A DNA stretch of 64,000 nt, taken from positions 320,001-384,000 of the forward strand of contig OZ255726.1 in assembly GCA_965277405.1 (NCBI GenBank). The letters run 5' to 3'. Source of the DNA: Gammaproteobacteria bacterium (lineage in GTDB: Bacteria; Pseudomonadota; Gammaproteobacteria; G965277405). Below the pieces are notes generated by a model. That model ran no database searches. It was not told the DNA's origin and worked only from the letters and a program-made list of their open reading frames with translations. This document shows, in pieces, positions 32,014 through 41,181 of the stretch (within the stretch, counting starts at the first letter, position 1; each line of letters begins with the position of its first letter). The position numbers and the translations under genes are program-made.

Positions 32014-35000
32014 TTACAAGCGCGCCGTCAAATTCAGTTTCAGCGTCCGCCCAGGTGCGGGCATCTTCGAACGGGTTAATGGATCGAGGTAGTATTGATC
32101 TGTTAGGTTATCAGCAGCGAATTCAACTTGTAAGCGCTCATTCACGTTATACTTGGCGTAGCCATCAACGAGCAGGGTATTACCCCAGCCAAAAGATACC
32201 CTTGACGGATTATGGCTAAATCTGCCGACTTGTTTATAATACTGGTCTAGGTCGGCGTTGGCGTCGCGGCTATAATACTTCACCCGGCTGCCTATCTCTA
32301 AACGGCGGTCGAGCAGCCGGGCGCCGAGCGCCCAATTAGCCGATAATTTAGGGGTGGCGCGCCCTTGTTCAGAGCCAATTGTAAAGCCGAATGCAAAGCA
32401 GGTCGGAGCGCGATATTCCAACTTCGAACGACGTGCGGCATAGCTTGCGTCGCAGATGTCGTTTTGCACCACGTAGTCGACAGCAATATTGCTAAACAAA
32501 CGACCGCCATCGTAGCGCATGGTTAACTCTACCCCGCGCAGCTTTTTTTCGTCATAATTTGTAAAATATGAAAAAAGACTGGTATCAATAACCCCCTTGA
32601 TCAGGTTATCGTAGTACGCGAGTTTGACGTCAGCGTATTCAGCGGTTGTTAGCCATTGGGTTAGGTCGTGGACATAGCTTATTTCCCAGTTATACGCGTG
32701 CTCGGGGTCGAGTCCATACGGACCGATCGCGGCGGAGAACCCCATAGTGCTTTCGAACATGGACGGGTAGCGGATGAATTCGCTGTATTTAACGTAGCCG
32801 CGGCTATACGGGGTAAATTGATAACTCGCGGTAAGATGCGGCACCCAGCCGTCGTCTTGCAGCTTTTCCGCCTTGGCATCGCTGGTATCTCTTTTGTTAC
32901 TGATAGTACACTGAGTTATTTTCGCTGACTTATCATTACCTGTTTCCTTTGCTATTGCCGCTGCTACCTCACCATTAAAGCACGGGTGGGTAGCAAACGA
33001 ATACTTGCCAGCGGCATCCGTCTGCAAGGGGATTGGGTCATTTTGATGATCAGGATTGATAGGGATGCCAAAGTTTAGTTGTACTGCTTCTATCGCTTCA
33101 GCACTATCGCGGTTAGCTGTAATAAAGTCCATTTCTTTTGCGGTGTAGTATGGTGTCAAAATTTTAACCAGATTTTCCCGCGCACACTTCCTCAATAAGC
33201 GTGTTACCCCTTGTTTTCTCAAGTTTTCGCAAATATTTACCAATTGGTTATATCTATCTTGATTTTTTTTGTTAGCATCATTTAATGTTACAAGTTCCTT
33301 TCCTATTAACTGTCTGCGCTGCTTGGTTGGAATCTGCAGACCACCTGTAGTGTACCAGTAGGTAACGTTTTCATTTACAATATGCTCTAATTCTGGAACT
33401 TTGCCGCCTGCATCGATGATATATTTAAGGCGGTCGTCGAAACTCCAATACGCCGAATACGTCACCCCGCCGCTAAATTTTAAGGCCTCGTTCGGCTGCC
33501 AGGCGAGGCTGAGATTGCCGCCCCATTCCTGCCGCCGCCCAGCTCGTTCTATTATAGCTTTAGAGTATTTACCATCGGGGTTCGCTAGTTTTTGGTGCTG
33601 AAAATTGCCACCGATGGTTAGCGCCAGCGTGCTGGAAAGATCCATGGTATTGCTCAGGGTGATGCCATTGCGGGTATTGATAGAATCAACAAACCCAACG
33701 TTGACGACCAGACCGCTTTCTTTGTCAATTTGGTTGGGTTCACCTGCACTCGTATAGGTGTGTCCGCGGTTGTGCGTGCGCCAGAGGTTGGCGTGGAGGT
33801 CCAGCCAGCGGTTATCATTGGGGGTATTGCGGTAGTCGAGGTTATACGCCTGGGCAGTGACCGCGCTCAACGGCCACTGGGGATGACCGTACTTGAGATC
33901 ACTGCCAGTAATGAGCCGCGACGGCATGATCTCGCCGTTTAGCAAATTTGTATGGCGGTAGTTGAAGCCAAGTTTTTGTGCATTGTCAACCCGCCAGCTG
34001 CTTTTTAACAACAACGACGCCATCTCGCTCGAGGTATTGATGACTTCGTCGCCTTGTGGCCAGAAGGTGGTTAGGGCGCGCGTACTATCATAAATTCTTT
34101 TACCAGTTACTTTTGACCTGAAGTGACCATCCACATCCGTAGCAAAATAGCCAGGCTCATCATAATATCCGGCGTTGTTGCTACCCGCATAGTAATTACC
34201 GCGGCGACGGTAGGCGTATGCGGCGAGAAAATCAAAGCGCGCGGAGGTGTTGGCGACCGCCAGCCGGTAGGCAAAGTCGTCGCCGCCGAGCGGGGTTTCA
34301 TCACTACTTGATTTTGAGTTGAGTTGTATGCGCAGAGTTTTATCAACGTTGTAGAAACCTATAGATCGAGTATTCGAAAACCCTGCGGCGGCGGCTGATT
34401 CGCCAGTATGCAGCCGCGGTAGTTGCGGGGAGACCGCGTTGCCGCCGCTGGTTATTGTTAATTCTAGCCCAGAGTCGGCGCCTTCTGCAATAATATCGGC
34501 GGGGATCAGCGTGGTTACTTCCAGCGCCCCCCCGATGCCGCTATTGACATCGCGGGCGTTACTCGCACCTTTATGGATGCGCACCGAACTGATCAGGTTC
34601 GGGTCGATATAATTGCGGTTACTCACGCCGTTATAGCCGCGGTAGACGGTGATTGCCTGCTCGGTGCCGTCGATAATCACTGGCACCCGCCCGGGACCCT
34701 GCACCCCGCGAATATTGACATCGATCGACCCGCTATTGCGGGCATCGCCGCTAAATACCCCAGCAATCCCCTGCAATAAATCGGCAGGGTTGGTGCCGGC
34801 GTTGCGGCGGACTGCTGCCCTACCCATGTACACGGTGGAAGCGTTGTTATCGTAGACTGCGTCGTAGCCTTGTTCATCACGCAGGTAGCCTGATACCCCT
34901 GAGTCTTCAATGGTGAGGGTGGGGATGGCAAGCGTATTTGGCGTATTCGGCGTATTCGTTGTTGCCGAGTCAATAGCGGCAGCAATAATAACATAACGTG

Positions 35001-35379
35001 AGTTTGCGAGTTGCTGCGCTGCCAGCCCGCTGCCGCGCAAAATATACGCTAGCGCGGCGGTTAGCGCATACTCACCTTGGAGACCCTGGCTGTGCTTGCC
35101 GTCCGTGAGCGAGTGGTCAATATCAACGCCAATATCTGCCGCGCTAGCGAACGCCGCCAGCACTGTGGCGAGCGGACCTTGGCTGATGGCATAGTGCTGG
35201 GTGTCAGCATGCTGCGCTGCATGCGCTACGCTAGCAGCCAGCAATACCATGGCGGTCATTACCGCAGTGCTAAACACCACTGCATTCAATACCACTGCTC
35301 GCATTACCATGGTGCTGGCGTGTATGATTAGCCAACGCTGGCGGGTATTATTAGCGGACGATGGATTGTTTCTATGCAT
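32014..35379 (-). CDS. TonB-dependent receptor with N-terminal STN signalling domain (heme/hemophore receptor-like)
   Basis: STN-like I..GPL..L..FA; plug NIRGVQG.GRV.V.IDG; YRYP.MFES (FRAP-like), LDPE, NL.D.YY.DP..PAPGRT C-terminus. Confidence 0.88.
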   Translation of the reverse strand: MHRNNPSSANNTRQRWLIIHASTMVMRAVVLNAVVFSTAVMTAMVLLAASVAHAAQHADTQHYAISQGPLATVLAAFASAADIGVDIDHSLTDGKHSQGLQGEYALTAALAYILRGSGLAAQQLANSRYVIIAAAIDSATTNTPNTPNTLAIPTLTIEDSGVSGYLRDEQGYDAVYDNNASTVYMGRAAVRRNAGTNPADLLQGIAGVFSGDARNSGSIDVNIRGVQGPGRVPVIIDGTEQAITVYRGYNGVSNRNYIDPNLISSVRIHKGASNARDVNSGIGGALEVTTLIPADIIAEGADSGLELTITSGGNAVSPQLPRLHTGESAAAAGFSNTRSIGFYNVDKTLRIQLNSKSSSDETPLGGDDFAYRLAVANTSARFDFLAAYAYRRRGNYYAGSNNAGYYDEPGYFATDVDGHFRSKVTGKRIYDSTRALTTFWPQGDEVINTSSEMASLLLKSSWRVDNAQKLGFNYRHTNLLNGEIMPSRLITGSDLKYGHPQWPLSAVTAQAYNLDYRNTPNDNRWLDLHANLWRTHNRGHTYTSAGEPNQIDKESGLVVNVGFVDSINTRNGITLSNTMDLSSTLALTIGGNFQHQKLANPDGKYSKAIIERAGRRQEWGGNLSLAWQPNEALKFSGGVTYSAYWSFDDRLKYIIDAGGKVPELEHIVNENVTYWYTTGGLQIPTKQRRQLIGKELVTLNDANKKNQDRYNQLVNICENLRKQGVTRLLRKCARENLVKILTPYYTAKEMDFITANRDSAEAIEAVQLNFGIPINPDHQNDPIPLQTDAAGKYSFATHPCFNGEVAAAIAKETGNDKSAKITQCTISNKRDTSDAKAEKLQDDGWVPHLTASYQFTPYSRGYVKYSEFIRYPSMFESTMGFSAAIGPYGLDPEHAYNWEISYVHDLTQWLTTAEYADVKLAYYDNLIKGVIDTSLFSYFTNYDEKKLRGVELTMRYDGGRLFSNIAVDYVVQNDICDASYAARRSKLEYRAPTCFAFGFTIGSEQGRATPKLSANWALGARLLDRRLEIGSRVKYYSRDANADLDQYYKQVGRFSHNPSRVSFGWGNTLLVDGYAKYNVNERLQVEFAADNLTDQYYLDPLTRSKMPAPGRTLKLNLTARL

Positions 35380-35446
35380 GGTTTGCCTATCTATATTGCT
35401 AAAAAATACTACGCTACTGCGATCAAAAATTAAAGCAATAACTAAA

Positions 35447-35467
35447 CGCTAATAATTCTTATTAGCG
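35447..35467. promoter_or_regulatory. Palindromic Fur-box-like site upstream of the receptor
   Basis: CGCTAATAA-TTC-TTATTAGCG, about 70 bp upstream of the ATG. Confidence 0.65.
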
Positions 35468-35650
35468 ATTAACCGCCGCTATTGGTGCGGTATTGCTGGG
35501 TGCGGGTAGCGGGTAGCGGGTAGCCACAATACTGCTGCTTGGCTAAAGTGTTACCGCAGAGATTGGGCGAATGTTGTGGGGTAGTAATTTACCCGTTGCA
35601 GGCGCGATTGCAGCGCAGGCAAATAGCTGATGTTGTGGTATAGCGCCTAG

Positions 35651-35937
35651 GGAAGCTCTGATTAAGTCGCTGATGGGGCGAGTTAGCCTGCAATTGCTGA
35701 TGATTGCAAAGGCGCTAAGCGCATGACCTAGCTATACGCCAAGGGATGCAACACAGCAAGTACCGCTGCCGCAAACCATAAGTATATTCAACACAACGAC
35801 GGGAAAAAACGCTGCGCTAACGTCGTTGCAGCACTTGGCGACACCCACAAGACCACCAGTATTATCTGCGCACTGTGTCTAGTTATCATCAGCGTTTTTT
35901 CTCCGTCTCGCCCATCATGGACTTAATCAGAGCTTCC
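35651..35937 (+). mobile_element. MITE copy C (287 bp)
   Basis: CTAG-GGAAGCTCTGATTAAGTCGCTGATGGGGCGAG...CTCGCCCATCATGGACTTAATCAGAGCTTCC-CTAA. Confidence 0.92.
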
Positions 35938-36561
35938 CTAACAATACTGCTGCCCTGCTAGCCTGCTTTGCCACCATCCAAATTATGTAAAAAAGCACTG
36001 TCGCTAATATCCAAGTCAGCAAATGCTTGCAGGCTGACGCCTGCATCTGCGAGCATAAGTTGTACCGCTGTATTGATATCCGCGTGTTGTGGCTTGTAGT
36101 GTAAATAAATAACATGGGTGATACCGACTTGGATGATGGCTTTGGCACAATTCGTGCAGGGGAATTGGGTAGCATACATGGCGGCGTTGTCAAGCTGTGA
36201 ATTGATACTGTTGTAAATAGCGTTTTGTTCTGCATGGACAACGTAGGTATGCTTTGAGCGCATTGGATCTGTGTCAATATCTTGCCAATACTGCGGGTTG
36301 TCATCGTCAAGCCCACGCGGTAAGCCGTTATAGCCAATGCCAATAATTTTATTTTTTGGACCAACGATACACGCGCCATTTTTGGTTTTAGGGTCTTTTG
36401 AGCGTAACGCGGATAATTTTGCTATTGCCATAAAATAGCATTGCCAAGAAAGCGGGCTATCATTCATGTGGTAGGCTACGATGTTTGGTGATAATCAGCG
36501 GCTCCTCAAGACGTGGTTGAAAAAGAACTAAGGAAGCTCTGATTAACTCGCTGATGGAGCG
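35926..36561. repeat. 636-bp direct repeat, copy 2
   Basis: Matches 27224-27859. Confidence 0.95.
35958..36467 (-). CDS. dCMP deaminase family protein, copy 2
   Basis: 169-aa translation identical to 27256-27765. Confidence 0.9.
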   Translation of the reverse strand: MNDSPLSWQCYFMAIAKLSALRSKDPKTKNGACIVGPKNKIIGIGYNGLPRGLDDDNPQYWQDIDTDPMRSKHTYVVHAEQNAIYNSINSQLDNAAMYATQFPCTNCAKAIIQVGITHVIYLHYKPQHADINTAVQLMLADAGVSLQAFADLDISDSAFLHNLDGGKAG

Positions 36562-36578
36562 GGTTAATAAGAGCTCCC
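36532..36578. mobile_element. 47-bp mini-MITE hairpin with CTAA on both sides
   Basis: CTAA-GGAAGCTCTGATTAACTCGCT-GATGG-AGCGGGTTAATAAGAGCTCCC-CTAA. Confidence 0.8.
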
Positions 36579-36616
36579 CTAATATATTATTGATATTTAC
36601 TGTATAGGATATAACC

Positions 36617-37396
36617 ATGGTACATATTTTTATCCCGCTTGCTGTGTTCATACTCTGCTCATTATGGCAGGTCTATTTGCCATTTCGTGTTATTAACGGC
36701 GGCACTTCGCGCATCGCACGCAACTTGACTGTCGCGGCATTAGGTATTGTGCTCGGCCGGATATGCTTACCGATTGGGCTTGCGGGTGTAGCATTTATCA
36801 ATCAGCAATGGCAATTTGGCGCGCTCAACCAAATTGCGCTGCCGCTACAATGGCAGTGGGTGATTGGATTTCTGCTGCTTGATTTATCAATATATTGGCA
36901 GCATCGTTGTACCCATACATTGCCGATGCTCTGGAAGCTGCACCGGGTGCATCATATTGATGCGAGTGTCGATGCTTCTACTAGCCTGCGCTTCCACCCA
37001 ATCGAAGCGGGATTGTCCACACTGTATAAAGCCGCAGTCATCTTGATTGTTGGCATAGACGCCACGACAGTTATCACATTTGCCACGTGCTTGACATGCT
37101 TTGCGATGTTTGTCCACACCAATATTATATTGCCGCAGCGCGTAGAGAAAGTACTGCGGTGTGTTATTGTCACCCAACAATTGCATCGGATTCATCACAG
37201 CCAAGTGTTTGCAGAAACCAATAGCAATTACGGCACAATTTTTGTTTACTGGGATTGGTTATTTGGCAGTTATACCGCGCAGGCAACGCTACAACAACAG
37301 CAGCTACAGCTGGGCGTTGCGGGGTGGATGGGCAGTCGCAGTGATGTATGGGGAATATTGCAACACCCGTTTATAACAAGGAATGCAAAACCATGA
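36617..37396 (+). CDS. Sterol desaturase / fatty acid hydroxylase family protein
   Basis: His boxes YWQHR.TH, HRVHH, RFHP, HRIHH; NYG..F..WD.LFG. Confidence 0.9.
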   Translation: MVHIFIPLAVFILCSLWQVYLPFRVINGGTSRIARNLTVAALGIVLGRICLPIGLAGVAFINQQWQFGALNQIALPLQWQWVIGFLLLDLSIYWQHRCTHTLPMLWKLHRVHHIDASVDASTSLRFHPIEAGLSTLYKAAVILIVGIDATTVITFATCLTCFAMFVHTNIILPQRVEKVLRCVIVTQQLHRIHHSQVFAETNSNYGTIFVYWDWLFGSYTAQATLQQQQLQLGVAGWMGSRSDVWGILQHPFITRNAKP

Positions 37397-37821
37397 TTGT
37401 TGCGATTGGTATTGATGTGTGCCGCAGCGATAGAATTGCCGCAGCGTATAAAAAATTTGGTGCGCGCTTTGCCAACAAAATACTCAGCGAGCATGAATTG
37501 CTGCGGTTTGCACAAATCGTACACCCAACGCGCAAAGTAGCGTTTTTGGCGAAGCGATTTGCAGCGAAAGAGGCGGTGAGTAAGGCGCTTGGCACTGGTA
37601 TGCGTCACGGGGTGCACTGGCGGCAAATTGCTACTACCAACACTCCAAGTGGTGAACCGCGTGTCGTCTTATCTGGTGCGGCATTCCACCGTGCTGCACA
37701 GTTGCACGTCAGCAAGATACATATTTCTTTAACCGATGAAGTCGACATGGCGTGCGTTGTCGCCATCTTGGAAACAGCAACGCCGCGTTGCGAGAGCCTA
37801 GATGCGGCTAACTTGGCTTGA
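37393..37821 (+). CDS. acpS: Holo-ACP synthase
   Basis: IGIDV, RFAAKEAVSKALGTG, HISLTDE. Confidence 0.95.
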   Translation: MIVAIGIDVCRSDRIAAAYKKFGARFANKILSEHELLRFAQIVHPTRKVAFLAKRFAAKEAVSKALGTGMRHGVHWRQIATTNTPSGEPRVVLSGAAFHRAAQLHVSKIHISLTDEVDMACVVAILETATPRCESLDAANLA

Positions 37822-39772
37822 CGTTGTGTTCACCCACTTTTTTTATCGCGGTGTTAACCTGCCGCATATCAGGGTGTTGCGGACTGAGATGTTTTTCAAA
37901 AATATCCTTTGCCCTTGTTAGCGCCTGGATTGCGGGTTGGTATTGCTCTTGTTGGGTAAATATTGCTGCTAAACTCGTGTATTCGCGGGCAACATACAAC
38001 GACTGTGGTTGTTGGCTAATTAGCGCTGTATACACCCTTTCAATAAAGAAGTTTGCCCGATCTGGCTGTTGTTGTAGTTGATATATTTCTCCCAATTGAA
38101 TCCTAGCCGCAAGCGTATAGATGCTTTTCTCCCCAAATGCAGCTGCGCGATTTTGGTATGAGCGCATCATCATTTGTTCAGCTGCTGCAAAGTTTTTGGT
38201 GCGGGCAAGAAAACGTGAGAGCAAGTCGTGGGCTGCTAATGTTGCAGAGTTGAGTGTGCCGAATACGTCGCTGTAGAGCTGATACGCCAGTGAGAGCATC
38301 ACGCGTGCTTCTGGATAAAAGCCTTCTATCTGCATCAATTCTGCTTGATGCAAATAGAGTTCTGCAAGTTGCGCGCGATACTGATCTTTGTGCTGGCGAT
38401 AAACAAACAATGCTTCTGTCAGATACAGTTTTGCTTGTGCTACATCATGGAGTCTGGTTGCAATTTTGCTGCGGTATGTGTAGATACGCGCGAGCATGCT
38501 AACTGCAAGCGTCGGTATCGATTCCGCCATGGCTTGAGCCGCGATAATATGTGTCTGCGCGAGTTGATACTTGCCTTGTTCGTACGCTGCCTCAGCCATT
38601 AAAAAAATGGTTGCAGCAGTGAACTGGTTGGCGTAGCGCAGCTGCTGTTGGCGGATTGTTGCGGCTTGTTCTGCCAATACATATGCTTGTCGATACCAGT
38701 TTTGACTGAGGTATGTTTTTGCAGTAATCATTTGTGCGAGGGTGTATTCAAGTGATTGTTTGCCATAGTAATGGTCGAAAATATCACCCGCCTGCGCGAC
38801 TGCGCTATCTGCTTGCCGATAGTGTTGTATGAGCGCATAATATTTTGCTTGCTCTAATAATAATCTAGCTCTTCTGCTACCGTCAATAACCGTGTCATCA
38901 GGGATTTTAGCAATTGCGGCAAGGTAGTTATTCATACCGACAGTTGTTTTGCCAACAGCAAAGGCAACATCACCATTATTGATAAGCGTGTCAATGAAAT
39001 ACAAGTTGTCTTGCAAAAAATACTGTTGCGACCAGCGGTGCGCACGGTTGCTCAATATTTGTGCTTGGTGTTTAAACCCCGCTTTGAGTGAGGTTGATGT
39101 CAATAGGTTGGCAACGTGCAAGTGTTGCGGATAGTCTGTTGTTGCCGTGAGCGTGGCGGCGTCTTGCAAGATAGAGATGGCGCTCGGATATTGTTGCAGC
39201 AGGATTAATTCATCAGCAGAGCGCAATAACAAGGTGCTGCAGAGCCGCGCCATTGTTTGTTTAAAATCAGGGTCTGCTGCATCACGTGCCATATGGAGTA
39301 ATGTGTTCCCTGCAACGTCATAGGCTACTGCGTCGAAATATGCTGTAAATTCATCGATCGCTGTGCTAGCAATAACATGCTGCCAGCGTCCACTTGCAAG
39401 GATGCTGAGCGATTTATATTTGAGTAATTCGTGTTGTGAAACCTGCAGGGCAAATGCTCTGCTGAGGTCGTTACGCGCAATAAACATCCGAGAAATCCTA
39501 TCGATGACATACATCACAACCGTTGGCGTTGTGCGTAGCCGTTGTGCCAAGTTCTCGACTAAGCCATCAAACGCATCATCGACACCATATGTGCTGCGGC
39601 GTTTGATTAAATGATCAACTTCAATATTGGAGACGAGTGCCCCGTAGGTTGCAGCAAAATCATCATAAAAATCACTGTTTTTTTGTATGCTTGTTGTGGT
39701 CTGCACAATGTAGCCGCAGCTGGCAATCATGAAACACCAACCAACAACGCCAACTCGAAATACGTGGTTCAT
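37808..39772 (-). CDS. Tetratricopeptide repeat protein, probable lipoprotein
   Basis: Lipobox-like MIASC; many helical TPR-type repeats (kinesin-light-chain-like, e.g. IFEKHLSPQHPD). Confidence 0.7.
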   Translation of the reverse strand: MNHVFRVGVVGWCFMIASCGYIVQTTTSIQKNSDFYDDFAATYGALVSNIEVDHLIKRRSTYGVDDAFDGLVENLAQRLRTTPTVVMYVIDRISRMFIARNDLSRAFALQVSQHELLKYKSLSILASGRWQHVIASTAIDEFTAYFDAVAYDVAGNTLLHMARDAADPDFKQTMARLCSTLLLRSADELILLQQYPSAISILQDAATLTATTDYPQHLHVANLLTSTSLKAGFKHQAQILSNRAHRWSQQYFLQDNLYFIDTLINNGDVAFAVGKTTVGMNNYLAAIAKIPDDTVIDGSRRARLLLEQAKYYALIQHYRQADSAVAQAGDIFDHYYGKQSLEYTLAQMITAKTYLSQNWYRQAYVLAEQAATIRQQQLRYANQFTAATIFLMAEAAYEQGKYQLAQTHIIAAQAMAESIPTLAVSMLARIYTYRSKIATRLHDVAQAKLYLTEALFVYRQHKDQYRAQLAELYLHQAELMQIEGFYPEARVMLSLAYQLYSDVFGTLNSATLAAHDLLSRFLARTKNFAAAEQMMMRSYQNRAAAFGEKSIYTLAARIQLGEIYQLQQQPDRANFFIERVYTALISQQPQSLYVAREYTSLAAIFTQQEQYQPAIQALTRAKDIFEKHLSPQHPDMRQVNTAIKKVGEHNVKPS

Positions 39773-39778
39773 GCTGAG

Positions 39779-40282
39779 TTAAAAAGAATGTCCCGCTACA
39801 CGTTTGCGCGCACTAAGCACCACAAAAGCTTGCATCCCCAACCCTTTGCCCATTGCGCTCATCCCTTCGCCACTTGTCGCAGTTATGCCAACTTGGTCGT
39901 TTTGGATATTGCATAACGCGCAAATTGAGGCAGTTATAATTGGTATTTTTGGGTCTATTTTGGGCTGCTGCGCTTCAATACAAACCGCTATATGATCAAT
40001 AATGTGGTTGTGCATGGCTTGGAGTGCATGCTCAAGATATACCGCGCTGTTGGTAATACCTTGTTGGCATAACAAATCTGCTGTTGCGCCGAGGATTGGC
40101 TTGCCAGTAAGAGAACCCATTGCCCGGCAAATAGCATGAAGAATAACATCAGCATCGGAGTTCCCTTCAAGCCCTATTTCGTCTGCAAATACTGCGCCAC
40201 CAAGTAGCAGCGGCTTGGCAGAGGCACTAAAACGATGGCTGTCTTGACCAATACCCGTCACGCTAAGCCATTGTGTATTCAT
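39779..40282 (-). CDS. ispF: 2-C-methyl-D-erythritol 2,4-cyclodiphosphate synthase
   Basis: GIGQDSHRF, NSDADVILHA, PK, GITATSGEG. Confidence 0.88.
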   Translation of the reverse strand: MNTQWLSVTGIGQDSHRFSASAKPLLLGGAVFADEIGLEGNSDADVILHAICRAMGSLTGKPILGATADLLCQQGITNSAVYLEHALQAMHNHIIDHIAVCIEAQQPKIDPKIPIITASICALCNIQNDQVGITATSGEGMSAMGKGLGMQAFVVLSARKRVAGHSF

Positions 40283-40869
40283 GCGTCGATGCCATTGTTA
40301 AAAGAAGAGTCATGGATAATTTTGAGGGCAATCGCCGCCAAGTCTGTGTAAACGTTAACGTTATGTTGCCGTAAAAAAGCATGATTGTTATCATAGGTAG
40401 TATAACCATTCCCTGTTAATACTAAAACAGGCTGGCATCGAGCGGCAACTGCCGCTTGTAAATCGCTGAGCGAATCGCCTATAAACCAAGCTTGCTCTGG
40501 GGTGATGTTAAGCTCGTTGCATATGTCCAGTAACATTCCAGGCTTGGGTTTGCGGCAGCTACAATCATCACTATTCCCATGCGGACAGTAGCGGATGGTA
40601 TGAATGCTGCCACCAGCATCAGTTACACATGTAGTAAGCTTCTCATGGATTGTCGTCAGTGTTGCCGCGTGGAATAAGCCGCGAGATATACCGCTTTGAT
40701 TTGTAGCAATTGCAACTGGCAGTTGCTTACTTAACATTGCAATAGCAGAAATACTACCAAGAATAGGGTGCCATTCTTCGCATGATTTAATATATTGTGG
40801 CGAATCAATATTGATAACACCATCTCGATCAAGGATGATTGCCGCAGGTGTTAGGAATGTTGTGTTCAC
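40279..40869 (-). CDS. gmhB: D,D-heptose 1,7-bisphosphate phosphatase
   Basis: LDRDGVIN, TNQSGI.RG, CPH....C.CRKPKPGM, IGDS.SD. Confidence 0.92.
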   Translation of the reverse strand: MNTTFLTPAAIILDRDGVINIDSPQYIKSCEEWHPILGSISAIAMLSKQLPVAIATNQSGISRGLFHAATLTTIHEKLTTCVTDAGGSIHTIRYCPHGNSDDCSCRKPKPGMLLDICNELNITPEQAWFIGDSLSDLQAAVAARCQPVLVLTGNGYTTYDNNHAFLRQHNVNVYTDLAAIALKIIHDSSFNNGIDA

Positions 40870-40882
40870 AAATGTCGTCTAA

Positions 40883-41168
40883 GGAAGCTCTGATTAAGTC
40901 GCTGATGGAGCGAGTTTGCTGCAATTGCTGATGATTGCAAGGCGCAAACCGCTAAGCGCATGCCGTAGCATATACGCCAAGGGATGCAACACAGCAAGTA
41001 CCGCTTGTAGGCAAACCATCATATATTCAATAGAAGGCCGGGAAAAAACGCTGTGCTAACGTCGTTGCAGCACTTGATAATACCACCAGTATTATCTGCG
41101 CACTGCGTCTAGTTATCATCAGCGTTTTTTCTCCGTCTCGCCCATCATGGACTTAATCAGATCTTCCC
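40883..41168 (+). mobile_element. MITE copy D between gmhB and trmB
   Basis: CTAA-GGAAGCTCTGATTAAGTC...GACTTAATCAGATCTTCCC-CTAA. Confidence 0.92.
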
Positions 41169-41181
41169 CTAAGTATTAAAT

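Noticed and set aside
35503-35524. (GCGGGTA)x3, and the 9-bp x3 repeat near 34932 encoding NTP
   Set aside because: Too short to interpret beyond ordinary slippage.
27224-36561. Prophage or integrative element at tRNA-Arg
   Set aside because: No integrase or phage genes, and the duplication lies on the 5' side of the tRNA and contains no tRNA sequence.
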